This document shows positions 41,056 to 50,117 of a stretch of 64,000 nt of DNA, piece by piece. The notes under the pieces are model-generated. The model saw nothing but the letters and a program-made list of their open reading frames with translations, did no database searches and was not told where the DNA came from. The DNA is from Candidatus Daviesbacteria bacterium (GTDB lineage: Bacteria > Patescibacteriota > Microgenomatia > Daviesbacterales > UBA10151). The position numbers and the translations under genes were made by a program. Each line of letters starts with the position of its first letter. Within the stretch, counting starts at the first letter, position 1. The DNA lies in NCBI GenBank assembly GCA_016432425.1, contig CP066688.1, forward strand, positions 276,368-340,367. Reading direction: 5' to 3'.

Positions 41056-41334
41056 TTATGCTCCATATAATCTCATTAAAACCCTTGCTAAATCTGTCTT
41101 ACCCTGCAAAAAAAGCAGTTCCGCATACGCTGTAACATAAGGCTCAAGGTGCCTCATATTTGAATTCTCTTTTAGCTGCACATCTGAAAATCTTAAAAAT
41201 TCCCCCAACAAATGATGGTTCTTCTCCATAACTCCTTCTAAATGCTTAAAAACTCCAGATGGGTCATTGTTTACCTTATCATACCCACCAACACTAACTA
41301 AATATCTTCCTGGTGCTACTTTAACTTCTACCAT
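41056..41334 (-). CDS. Hypothetical protein inserted between grpE and dnaK
   Basis: 92-aa ORF with an AAGGAG RBS; fills the operon gap. Confidence 0.6.
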   Translation of the reverse strand: MVEVKVAPGRYLVSVGGYDKVNNDPSGVFKHLEGVMEKNHHLLGEFLRFSDVQLKENSNMRHLEPYVTAYAELLFLQGKTDLARVLMRLYGA

Positions 41335-41346
41335 ATTTTTCTCCTT

Positions 41347-41916
41347 TTAATTGTCTCCTTCATTCTCGTCATTGCGAGGAGCCGAAGGCGACGAAGCAAT
41401 CCCTTCTGAGCCAGATTGCTTCGCTTCGCTCGCAATGACGTTACTACGTCCTACCACCACTTGTGCTGGTCTTAGGACTTTTCCGTTTAACTTATACCCC
41501 CGCCTGACTACTCTTAAAATTATATTATCATCACCCTCCTGGGTGTCAACTGCCTCATGAAGGGCCGGATCAAATTGGACGCTTTGTCCTGAGCTTGTCG
41601 AAGGACCTGCCTCAATCTGACCCAACCCCTCTGACTCCAGTACCTGTTTAAACTCTTTCACAGCCAGCTCTACCCCTCTAAACCACCCACTTTGTTTTTC
41701 TTCCTCACTTACTCCAGAAAGTGCTGTTTCTAGATGATCTAAAGTGGGGATCAGTTTTCTGATAAGCTCTGCTCCCACAAAATTAGTCAGCTCTGACCTG
41801 CCCTCAGATACCCTTTTTTCCAAATTATGATAATCCGCCACAGCGCGTTTGAGTTGGTTTTCCAAATCAATAACTTTATTCTCTAAATCTGTTATTTTGG
41901 TATCTGTTTTTTTCAT
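41347..41916 (-). CDS. grpE: Nucleotide exchange factor GrpE
   Basis: RAVADYHNLEKR, FDPALHEAV and GYKLNGKVLRPAQVVV motifs. Confidence 0.96.
   Translation of the reverse strand: MKKTDTKITDLENKVIDLENQLKRAVADYHNLEKRVSEGRSELTNFVGAELIRKLIPTLDHLETALSGVSEEEKQSGWFRGVELAVKEFKQVLESEGLGQIEAGPSTSSGQSVQFDPALHEAVDTQEGDDNIILRVVRRGYKLNGKVLRPAQVVVGRSNVIASEAKQSGSEGIASSPSAPRNDENEGDN
41367..41440. repeat. 74-bp composite palindromic element forming the GrpE C-terminal tail
   Basis: Terminal inverted repeat cgtcattgcgag / ctcgcaatgacg and inner inverted repeat cgaagcaatc / gattgcttcg. Confidence 0.9.
41584..41605. repeat. REP-like hairpin in-frame in grpE (PSTSSGQ)
   Basis: Identical to 39119-39140. Confidence 0.9.
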
Positions 41917-42000
41917 AATTTTATAGTTTTAGGTCGAACTGGCCTTTTTGCTCCCCAGACTTCATAACAGTCTTAAGAGCGTTGCAAAAATGGCCAAGCA

Positions 42001-42729
42001 CTAAAATCCTCCTAAAGCTTGGGTAACCAAATCTCTCACATATTTAACATAGGGCAAAATTAATGGAAAATTCATCCGGCTCGGCCCAATTACTCCAATC
42101 ACCCCAGTTTTATCCGGGCTGGCTGTATATCTGGCAAAGACAAAGCTGGTCGGACGCAAATTTTCAAATCCCAACTCATCCCCAAATAAAATATGTATCG
42201 GATCTGCTCCCTGGGCTTTGCTAATAATTTCCTGCAGACGAGGAAATTCATCAAATAAACTCAAGACAAAACGGGCCACATCAATATCATAAAACTCCGG
42301 CCAGTCCAAAATATTGGCTGCTCCTGCATAATAAAGTTCACCCTCATCATCAATGGCCAAACCCAGCATATCGCAACGGCTGGCTAAATTCCTGACTGCC
42401 TCTTTTAGAAGCAGTTGGTGTTTAGCTCTATTTTGCCAAAGATTTTCTTTGATGGAAACTTCAGCTGTCACCGACAGCTGTTTTTCTTTCATTAACTCCT
42501 GGATGTAGAGCCTCATACCTAAGGAAGTGGGGACTCGGCCAGCGCTAGTGTGAGGTTGTTTTAAATAACCTAGTTCAGTCAGTTTAACCATCTCAATTCT
42601 AATGGTGGCAGGGGAAACCCCCAAATTATATTTGCGCTCAATTACTTCTGACCCTACGGCCTGGGCATTTTCCGCATACTCTTCTACAATGGCTTTTAAA
42701 AGTGCTTTTTGTCTATCTGTTAAATCCAT
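42001..42729 (-). CDS. hrcA: Heat-inducible transcription repressor HrcA
   Basis: LTDRQKALLKAIVEEY, SPATIR, QPHTSAGRVPT and GVIGPSRM; start reassigned to MDLTDR at 42729. Confidence 0.96.
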   Translation of the reverse strand: MDLTDRQKALLKAIVEEYAENAQAVGSEVIERKYNLGVSPATIRIEMVKLTELGYLKQPHTSAGRVPTSLGMRLYIQELMKEKQLSVTAEVSIKENLWQNRAKHQLLLKEAVRNLASRCDMLGLAIDDEGELYYAGAANILDWPEFYDIDVARFVLSLFDEFPRLQEIISKAQGADPIHILFGDELGFENLRPTSFVFARYTASPDKTGVIGVIGPSRMNFPLILPYVKYVRDLVTQALGGF

Positions 42730-42734
42730 AAAAA

Positions 42735-42771
42735 CTAGCACTAATCTACCACGACTGCTAACCCTTGTCAA
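42735..42771 (-). promoter_or_regulatory. CIRCE operator overlapping the sigma70 promoter of hrcA
   Basis: Minus strand TTAGCAGTC-N9-TAGTGCTAG (42735-42761) within TTGACA-N17-TAGATT (42743-42771). Confidence 0.85.
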
Positions 42772-42873
42772 GAGACAATTACCAACCCAAAAGCAAACTA
42801 AAATTGGCAACAAAATTTGCGATCGTTTATTTTGTTACCACTAGCTTCTAGTTGAATCTCAGATGAATACGAT

Positions 42874-42912
42874 TTATGATTTTAAAATACTTAAAAACGC
42901 TTCTTGGGGAAT
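42874..42912 (-). repeat. Recoded duplicate of the lepA 3' end (IPQEAFLSILKS*)
   Basis: ATT CCC CAA GAA GCG TTT TTA AGT ATT TTA AAA TCA TAA versus in-gene ATC CCT CAG AAG GCA TTT CTT AGC ATC CTG AAA TCA TAA; hairpin tccttcgactacgctcagga at 42915-42934. Confidence 0.95.
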
Positions 42913-42952
42913 TTTCCTTCGACTACGCTCAGGATTATAACTGCCCCACTAC

Positions 42953-44743
42953 TTATGATTTCAGGATGCTAAGAAATGCCTTCTGAGGGATTTCTACACG
43001 TCCTATCATTTTCATTTTCTTCTTTCCCTTTTTCTGCTTTTCCAAAAGTTTATCTTTTCTGGTTCTATCTCCTCCATATAATTTAGCTGTCACATCTTTT
43101 CTAAAAGGAGAAACGGTCTCTCTGGCAATAATGGTTCCCCCAATGGCCGCTTGAACAGCGATGGCAAAATTTTGCCTGGGTAGCACTTCTTTTAATTTTT
43201 CTACCATCCGGCGTCCAAAATTTTCAGCTTTGCTTCGAACAACTATACTGGAAAGTGCATCCACTTTCTCTCCGGCCACTAAGATGTCGACTTTGGCTGC
43301 ATCCACTTCTCTAAACTCTAAAAATTCGTAGTCCAGTGAAGCAAAACCGCTTGAAGTTGATTTTAATTTATCATAAAAATCAGTTACCATCTCTGAAAGG
43401 GACATTTGGTAAGAAAGCTCCACTTGGACTCCAAAATGCTGCATATTCACAAACTTGCCTCTCTTGTTAACAACCAGATCCATGACTGGCCCAATGTAAA
43501 CCTGAGGAATAAAAATTTTTAGAGACACCCATGGTTCTTTGATAACCTGCATGCTGCTGGGGTCAAGTTCGGCTGGGTTATGGACTATTTTCCCGTCAAT
43601 TTCATATTCCACCGAAGGGACAGTGGCTATTAGATCTACTCCAAACTCTCCTGACAACCTTTCTTGAACTACTTCCGCATGAAGTAATCCCAAAAACCCA
43701 CACCTAAAACCATTACCCAAAGCCCGGGAACTCTCTAGTTCAAAAGTAAAAGCAGGATCATTTAAACGAAATTTATTTAAAGCCTCCTTGGCATCAATAT
43801 AATCATCTTGGTCAATAGGGAAAAGTCCCACATAAACCATGGGTTTAACTTCTTTATAACCAGGCAAAGGTTTTGGCATTACACCTCCGAGGTGTGATGT
43901 GATAGTATCACCCACCCTAACCTTATCTGGTTCTTTTACTCCAGTTGCTATAAATCCTATTTCGCCAGCTCTCAGTTGTTCTGTTGATGTTAGCTGCGGC
44001 GCAAAATAACCCATCTCCAAAACTTGACCTTCAGCTTTAGTTCCTAAAAACTTAATAGAAGACCCTGTTTGGGGAACTTCTCCCTCTACCACTCTAACTT
44101 GAGCTATCACCCCTTTAAATGAATCAAAGAAGCTATCAAATATCAATGCTTTGAAACTTCCACCCTTGGAGCCGACACCTGCGGATTTTGGGGGCGGAAT
44201 ACGTTCAACTATGGCTTTTAAAAGTTCCTCTACTCCCTCTCCGGTCTTTCCGGAAACTAACAGTATCTCTGATGCTGAAAAGCCAAAACTATCAACTAAT
44301 TGTTTCTTTACTTCTTCTACATCAGCATTTGGTAAATCAATTTTGTTCACTACGGGAATTAAAGTTAAATTTTGATCCAAGGCTGAGAGTCCATGGGCCA
44401 GAGTTTGAGCCTGGATACCTTGAGTAGCATCCACTAAAAGTATTGCTCCCTCCACCGCAGCTAAAGCCCGGGAAACTTCATAAGAAAAATCCACGTGCCC
44501 AGGAGTATCAATTAAGTTTAGAGTATATTCTTCCTCAATGACATTTTTTCTATATCTATACTTTAACCTTACAGGTGCCAGCTTAATAGTAATACCACGT
44601 TCACGTTCCAAGGCTAAAGAATCCAGTAGCTGAGGTTTTAATTTATCCTTAGCAACAGTCCCGGTAATTTCTAACAACCGGTCAGCCAAGGTAGATTTAC
44701 CATGATCAACATGAGCAATAATACTAAAATTCCTAATATTCAT
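42953..44743 (-). CDS. lepA: Elongation factor 4 (LepA)
   Basis: IRNFSIIAHVDHGKSTLADR, GFRCGFLGLLH and KLLEKQKKGKKKMK motifs. Confidence 0.99.
   Translation of the reverse strand: MNIRNFSIIAHVDHGKSTLADRLLEITGTVAKDKLKPQLLDSLALERERGITIKLAPVRLKYRYRKNVIEEEYTLNLIDTPGHVDFSYEVSRALAAVEGAILLVDATQGIQAQTLAHGLSALDQNLTLIPVVNKIDLPNADVEEVKKQLVDSFGFSASEILLVSGKTGEGVEELLKAIVERIPPPKSAGVGSKGGSFKALIFDSFFDSFKGVIAQVRVVEGEVPQTGSSIKFLGTKAEGQVLEMGYFAPQLTSTEQLRAGEIGFIATGVKEPDKVRVGDTITSHLGGVMPKPLPGYKEVKPMVYVGLFPIDQDDYIDAKEALNKFRLNDPAFTFELESSRALGNGFRCGFLGLLHAEVVQERLSGEFGVDLIATVPSVEYEIDGKIVHNPAELDPSSMQVIKEPWVSLKIFIPQVYIGPVMDLVVNKRGKFVNMQHFGVQVELSYQMSLSEMVTDFYDKLKSTSSGFASLDYEFLEFREVDAAKVDILVAGEKVDALSSIVVRSKAENFGRRMVEKLKEVLPRQNFAIAVQAAIGGTIIARETVSPFRKDVTAKLYGGDRTRKDKLLEKQKKGKKKMKMIGRVEIPQKAFLSILKS
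43877..43899. repeat. Copy of the transposase-flanking hairpin in-frame inside lepA
   Basis: cattacacc-tccga-ggtgtgatg versus atcacacc-cccga-ggtgtgat at the transposase ends; peptide SHLGGVM. Confidence 0.8.
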
Positions 44744-44752
44744 GAGGGAATA

Positions 44753-46387
44753 TTACACCTGCTCCGCAGTTTCCACAATCTCTTTGGATCTAATTTTGGA
44801 TTGTAATTTAGTGAGTCTTTTTAACAGCTCCACGTAAGTTTGCAGTTCCCTAACTTTTAAAAACCAGACTAAAATTATATAAATTGATAAAGCAAAGGCA
44901 GAGGCTAAACCTGTTAGGATAATTAAATTAATGGTCCTGGTGGTATCAAAAATCACCTGGTCTAACAACTTTATAGGAATGTAAAGCGCTCCGGCCATAA
45001 TTATGGTAGAAAGCAGCATCTTGGAAAACGGTCCCCACACCTGTCTTAAATTAAAACCGCCTATTTTGAAATGCAAGGTGAAAAAAAGTAACAAACCTGA
45101 CAAAACAGCTGCTATAGAATTCGCTAACCCCAATCCCCAAACCGGCAGATGCAAAATATTAATAAAATAAATGCTTAAAACAATATTTACTCCCACCACT
45201 ATAAAAGATACCAATACTGGTGTTTTAGTATCTCTGAGAGCATAAAAACCTCTCACCAACAAGAGTGAGGCAGCTTGAGCTGCCAAACCAATTGCCAAAA
45301 AAGCCAAAGTCATACCAGTTGAAACTGTGGCTGTCCAATCAAATTGCGAAGCCCCAAAGACTAACCGGACAGCTGGAATACGCAAAATTATCAAAATAGC
45401 AGTGGAGGGTAGAGACAAAAACAAAATCTGGTGTAGGGTGGTGAGCAGGGTCGCTTTAAATTCTTCTTTTTGTCCGCGGGATTTTTCCGTTGCCAGAACT
45501 GGTAGAGCGGCTTGAGCAATGGTGGCACCAAAAAGCCCAATCGGCACTACTTGTAAATGCTGGGCAAAAGTTAAATAAGTCACCGAAGCAGTTGAAATTA
45601 AAGAGGCCAACACCACTCCCACTGTTTCATTAATCTGCTCTGCAGCCAGCCCTAGAGTCCGAATACTCATCAGCTGAAAAATTTCTTTCACTCCCGGATG
45701 AATTAAACTTTTTAAAGACCCAATTCTAAACCCCAAAGACCAAACCAGGGGCAACTGAATCAAAGCATGCATGGCTGCTCCCATAATTACCCCCATACCT
45801 GCTGCCAAAATCCCCAAAGAGTCACTTAAAAAAATTACTCCCAAAATAATTCCCAAGTTATAAAATACTCCCGCCAGAGCAGGGATGATAAAACGTTGGT
45901 AGGACTGTAAAATTCCCACAAAAAAAGAACCCATCACTAAAAGAATTTGTCCCACCAAGATCGCTCTAGTTAGTTGGGCCACCTGTATTTTTTGAGCGGG
46001 GGTAAAACCTGGTACGATCCACCCGGTGACAATATCAGAAAAGAAAAAGACCAGTAGCGCCGCTACGGACAAAACTGCCAAGGCGATAATTAAAATTGAC
46101 TGGGCTAAACGGAAAGCTTCTGCTCGTCCTCTCTCTTCTAAATATTGAGTAAAGACCGGAATAAATGCCACAGACAGCGCACCAAAAATTAATAACTGAA
46201 AAATTAAATCTGGTAGGCGGAAAGCGGCAAAAAAGATGGCCACTGTGTCGGGAGGAAAAGTGTGAACCAGCAAGCGGTCCCGGATTAAACCCAATATTTT
46301 AGACAAAATAACTGTCCCCATAATGACCAAAGCCCCGGATAAAATGGAAGTTTGTTTGGCAGTGAGAAGTTGTAAGAATTTAACCAT
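44753..46387 (-). CDS. murJ: Lipid II flippase MurJ
   Basis: LSKILGLIRD, AFRLPD, GALSVAFIPVF and RGFYALRDTKTP; many TM helices. Confidence 0.95.
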   Translation of the reverse strand: MVKFLQLLTAKQTSILSGALVIMGTVILSKILGLIRDRLLVHTFPPDTVAIFFAAFRLPDLIFQLLIFGALSVAFIPVFTQYLEERGRAEAFRLAQSILIIALAVLSVAALLVFFFSDIVTGWIVPGFTPAQKIQVAQLTRAILVGQILLVMGSFFVGILQSYQRFIIPALAGVFYNLGIILGVIFLSDSLGILAAGMGVIMGAAMHALIQLPLVWSLGFRIGSLKSLIHPGVKEIFQLMSIRTLGLAAEQINETVGVVLASLISTASVTYLTFAQHLQVVPIGLFGATIAQAALPVLATEKSRGQKEEFKATLLTTLHQILFLSLPSTAILIILRIPAVRLVFGASQFDWTATVSTGMTLAFLAIGLAAQAASLLLVRGFYALRDTKTPVLVSFIVVGVNIVLSIYFINILHLPVWGLGLANSIAAVLSGLLLFFTLHFKIGGFNLRQVWGPFSKMLLSTIIMAGALYIPIKLLDQVIFDTTRTINLIILTGLASAFALSIYIILVWFLKVRELQTYVELLKRLTKLQSKIRSKEIVETAEQV

Positions 46388-46434
46388 TAAAGAAATTGTA
46401 TGCTAGAAAAGATGGGTAAAACAAGATCAAAAAT

Positions 46435-47076
46435 TTAGAAAATCTTAATATTAGCCATATTTTTTAAGACTTGGAATTTTTCAGAAAATATTTGACCTAA
46501 TTTTTGTTGTTTTAATAAATCCTCAGCTTCCTTTTTTTGTCCTGCTGAATCAGAGGCTCTTAAATTTTCTTTATTTTGCGTTATATAATCATCAACCTCC
46601 TGGGCAGACACGGTGGCGTCTTTGTTATAAAGTTTTTCGATAATCACCTGAATCCTCAGCTGCTGTTTCAAAGCTTGTCTATCTTGACCTTGCTGGGCGA
46701 GCAAACTATCGAGGGCCTGGGTACCGCCAACATTATTTTCCAATTCTTTGATTTTTTGATTTAAATCTTCCTCAGACACTCTTATCTGATTTTTGACTGC
46801 TTCCTGGTCAAGCAGTTTTTCATTGACCAGCTGAGAAATAACCTGCTCACGAAACTGTTGATTTAACTTAGTCTGCAACTGTAGATTAGTAATTGGCTCA
46901 TTGTTAACAGTAGCTGCTATTAACCAAGATCTTTTGAAAGCAAAGATTAAAAGCAGCCCAATAACTAGTAGCACCAGATAAAAACGGCGATTTTTTTTCC
47001 AAGTTTGGAAATTATCTAATAAGTTTCCTTTAAGGAAAAAACTTTGCTGTTGTGTTTTTTTAACCACTTTTGCCAT
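46435..47076 (-). CDS. SurA/PrsA N-terminal-domain foldase-like membrane protein
   Basis: TM helix, AATVNNEPIT, LVNEKLLDQEA and C-terminal ANIKIF; no parvulin domain; start reassigned to MAKVVK. Confidence 0.75.
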   Translation of the reverse strand: MAKVVKKTQQQSFFLKGNLLDNFQTWKKNRRFYLVLLVIGLLLIFAFKRSWLIAATVNNEPITNLQLQTKLNQQFREQVISQLVNEKLLDQEAVKNQIRVSEEDLNQKIKELENNVGGTQALDSLLAQQGQDRQALKQQLRIQVIIEKLYNKDATVSAQEVDDYITQNKENLRASDSAGQKKEAEDLLKQQKLGQIFSEKFQVLKNMANIKIF

Positions 47077-47121
47077 CTGGCTGATAGTAACAAAGTATCG
47101 GCCCTTTGACAATGGGGGAAA

Positions 47122-47157
47122 TCATAATAAATAGATATCAATGAAGTGTGCCCTCCA
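47122..47157 (-). repeat. Recoded duplicate of the G5/3D gene 3' end (WRAHFIDIYLL*)
   Basis: TGG AGG GCA CAC TTC ATT GAT ATC TAT TTA TTA TGA versus in-gene TGG AGA GCT AGA TTT ATT GAC ATT TAC CTC TTA TGA; hairpin acttcgccgtagctcagt at 47160-47177. Confidence 0.93.
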
Positions 47158-47193
47158 GCACTTCGCCGTAGCTCAGTACTTTCGCGCTAGATT

Positions 47194-47895
47194 TCATAAG
47201 AGGTAAATGTCAATAAATCTAGCTCTCCAGCCTGCTATTCTGGCATCATCAAAGCCTAGATCTATAATATTTCCTTTGATTGCTCCACCAGTGTCCCCTG
47301 CCACTGCCACTCCGTATCCGGGGACATAAATTTTACTTCTTAAGTTTATAACTTTGGGATCAACTGCGATCACTCCCTTACCAGCTTTCATTCCGATGGC
47401 TGTCCATTCATTACAGCCAGGGCACCTGGAATCATAGTGAGTGGCATAAACCCTCATTTTTTTCCAATATCTAATTTCACCCTCAGGAGTTTGTATACTT
47501 TTCCAGACAATTTTGGTCCCCCGCAAAATTTGTTTATCTTTGGGGATAGTCACTTCCGTGGAGATAACCTCTCTCTTCCAAGGCTTACCTTCAAAATAAG
47601 TAACTTTAGTAATGATCGTTTTTTTACCATCCACCCCTTCATCTATTACTTTTTCAATTTCCGCATCAACTTGCGGATCATCTTGATAAACAATACTTTT
47701 GGCAATAATTTCTCTACTTTCCTCCAATTTTTCGGAAAAACGAGACTCTGTATGGAGGGGCTGGCTGGCTGGCAAAGAATCATTAACAACTGGCTGGTTG
47801 CCAGGAGCCTCTGCTAAAACAACTGTCCCCATCCAACCTTGCTGGAATAAAAATGAAGTCATCACAATTAATAAGGCACCTAGATAACGTTCCAT
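47194..47895 (-). CDS. G5 and 3D domain cell-wall protein (YabE/Sps-like)
   Basis: G5-like EGVDG...ILRGTK; 3D motifs IAVDPKVI and AGDTGGAIKGNIIDL. Confidence 0.9.
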   Translation of the reverse strand: MERYLGALLIVMTSFLFQQGWMGTVVLAEAPGNQPVVNDSLPASQPLHTESRFSEKLEESREIIAKSIVYQDDPQVDAEIEKVIDEGVDGKKTIITKVTYFEGKPWKREVISTEVTIPKDKQILRGTKIVWKSIQTPEGEIRYWKKMRVYATHYDSRCPGCNEWTAIGMKAGKGVIAVDPKVINLRSKIYVPGYGVAVAGDTGGAIKGNIIDLGFDDARIAGWRARFIDIYLL

Positions 47896-49766
47896 CAAAC
47901 CTTTAACCAATCATCTTCATTTGTACTGCTAACATCTTCATCAAAGCTATCCTCATCTTGGTAATTAGTATTACTAACCACCAACTCTTGGGGAATATCG
48001 CTTAAAAAGCGAGACACTAAATTATTTGATCTTTGCCCAAAATACAATCTAGATCTGGTGTAAGTTAAATATAGTTTCTCTTTGGCCCTGGTCATCCCCA
48101 CATAACAAAGCCTTCTTTCTTCCTCCAGCTCTGCTGTATTGAGCATAGCCCGAGAGTGAGGAAATAATCCCTCCTCCATTCCCACCATAAAAACTATGGA
48201 AAACTCTAAACCTTTGGCAGAGTGCAGAGTCATTAAAGTCACCGAGTCTTGGGTCTCCTTCCTTTGATTAGGTAAGTAGCCATTTTCCACCAAGGCCACA
48301 TTCTCTAAAAAGTCCACTAAAGAGGGGAACTCTTCTGCCACAGATCTTAATTCTTTCACATTTTCCACCCTGCCTTTGCCTTCCTGGGTGCCATCATCAA
48401 GATATGTCAGATAACCTGTTTTTTGTAAAACTAAATCTAAAAGCTCTAGGGTGGAATACCTTTCCAGGGCAGGGGAAACTTCTGTGCATAGTTCCATCAA
48501 TTTCCCTAATCTGCCTTTGCCAACTTTTTCCGCTCGCTTTATTGAAACCGAATCATTTGGATTTTGTAATAATCTTAAGTAAGCCAGTACATCTTTGATT
48601 TCCTTTCTTTGGTAAAAACTGACGCCGCCGACTAATTTGTAGGGTACACCAGCTTTTAAAAATTGTTCTTCCAAAGAACGGGATTGAGCATTAGTTCTAT
48701 ATAAAACTGCATAATCAGATAGTCTTTTTTTCTCAAGTTGTGAAATAATAAATAAAGCCTCTTCCACCTCATTTCTAACTTCCACAACTTCTATTTTTTC
48801 TCCATCATCTTTGTCAGTCCACAGCTTTAAAATTGGGTGAGTTTTATTTTTAGAAATAATAGCATGTGCTGTATCTAAGATATTCTGAGTGGAGCGGTAA
48901 TTTTGTTCTAAATTAAAAATTTTAGCATTATGGTAATCTTTTTCAAAATTAACAATGTTTCTAAAATCCGCTCCCCTAAAAGAGTAAATTGACTGGCTGG
49001 CATCGCCCACAACACAGATATTTTTATGTCTTCTGGTAAGATATTTGGCAATTAAATATTGGGCCGGGTTGGTGTCTTGATATTCATCAATCAGAATATA
49101 TTTAAACTGAATTTGGTATCGGGTTAGAATAGTGGTTTCTGTTTGAAAGAGTCTGATGGTTTTCAAAAGTAAATCATCAAAATCCAAAGCAGAGTTATTA
49201 TCCAAAATCTTCTGATATTCCAGGTAAATTTTGGCCACAGTTTCCTGGAAAAAACCCCGGGCATATTGAGGGTACTCTAAGCTAGAAATCAGCTCATTTT
49301 TGGCCTGGGAGATAGTGGCCCTAACTGCAGAGGGAGAGGTTTTTTGAGTGGGGATGTTTAAATTTCCCATAGCTTGTTTGATCGCATCCAAAGCATCACC
49401 CTCATCATAAATTGCAAAACCGGGAGGCAATCCTAAAACCTTGCCTTCTCTTCTTAAAATCCTGGCGCAAAAAGAGTGGAAGGTCCCCATCACTGGTTGG
49501 TTTAAACCTGCACTCCTGGTCTGCAGGTTCGAGTCTTGAAGAAGTTTTCTGATTCTGGTCATCATTTCATCAGCAGCACGGTTGGTAAAAGTTAAAACTA
49601 AAATATTTTCAGGTGGAATTTTTTTCTCGGAGATTAAGTAGGCAACACGGTAAGTTAAAACCCTGGTTTTTCCAGATCCTGCTCCAGCTAAAATTAATAC
49701 CGGACCCTCAGTAGTTTTGGCCGCTTCTTTTTGTTGGGAATTTAAATCATCAAGCAGACTTGGCAT
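47895..49766 (-). CDS. pcrA: UvrD/PcrA ATP-dependent DNA helicase
   Basis: AGAGSGKT, DEYQDTN, LEQNYRS, TLHSAKGLEF and EERRLCYVGMTRA motifs. Confidence 0.96.
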   Translation of the reverse strand: MPSLLDDLNSQQKEAAKTTEGPVLILAGAGSGKTRVLTYRVAYLISEKKIPPENILVLTFTNRAADEMMTRIRKLLQDSNLQTRSAGLNQPVMGTFHSFCARILRREGKVLGLPPGFAIYDEGDALDAIKQAMGNLNIPTQKTSPSAVRATISQAKNELISSLEYPQYARGFFQETVAKIYLEYQKILDNNSALDFDDLLLKTIRLFQTETTILTRYQIQFKYILIDEYQDTNPAQYLIAKYLTRRHKNICVVGDASQSIYSFRGADFRNIVNFEKDYHNAKIFNLEQNYRSTQNILDTAHAIISKNKTHPILKLWTDKDDGEKIEVVEVRNEVEEALFIISQLEKKRLSDYAVLYRTNAQSRSLEEQFLKAGVPYKLVGGVSFYQRKEIKDVLAYLRLLQNPNDSVSIKRAEKVGKGRLGKLMELCTEVSPALERYSTLELLDLVLQKTGYLTYLDDGTQEGKGRVENVKELRSVAEEFPSLVDFLENVALVENGYLPNQRKETQDSVTLMTLHSAKGLEFSIVFMVGMEEGLFPHSRAMLNTAELEEERRLCYVGMTRAKEKLYLTYTRSRLYFGQRSNNLVSRFLSDIPQELVVSNTNYQDEDSFDEDVSSTNEDDWLKV

Positions 49767-49856
49767 GCCAAATATCTTAACATAAAATTGTATAAATTTT
49801 GTACAAAAAAGTAACTGCTGGACAAGAGATTGACAGGAATGCTAATATTTATCCCT

Positions 49857-50117
49857 ATGACAGTTAAATTTCTAGATTTTTGGGCTCCCTGGTGTTCTCC
49901 CTGCAAGATGATGAATCCTATTTTAGAAGAGCTCAAAAAAGAGTGGGGGGACAAAGTAGAAGTTGTTGAAATTAATGTTGATGAAAACCCCTCTGAAGCA
50001 CAAAAATATGGAGTCATGAGTATCCCCACTTATGTGATAGAAAAAGACGGTAAAGAAATTGGCCGCAAAATAGGGGTCACCTCCAAAGAAGAGCTAAATA
50101 AATTAGCCTTATCTTAA
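49857..50117 (+). CDS. trxA: Thioredoxin
   Basis: DFWAPWCSPC active site and YGVMSIPT; start reassigned to ATG 49857. Confidence 0.93.
   Translation: MTVKFLDFWAPWCSPCKMMNPILEELKKEWGDKVEVVEINVDENPSEAQKYGVMSIPTYVIEKDGKEIGRKIGVTSKEELNKLALS

Noticed and set aside
2402-47177. Hairpin plus about 35-nt unique sequence as a CRISPR array
   Set aside because: The units are single, dispersed and not identical, with no tandem repeat-spacer array and no cas genes in the window; only a guide-like role is kept as a hypothesis.
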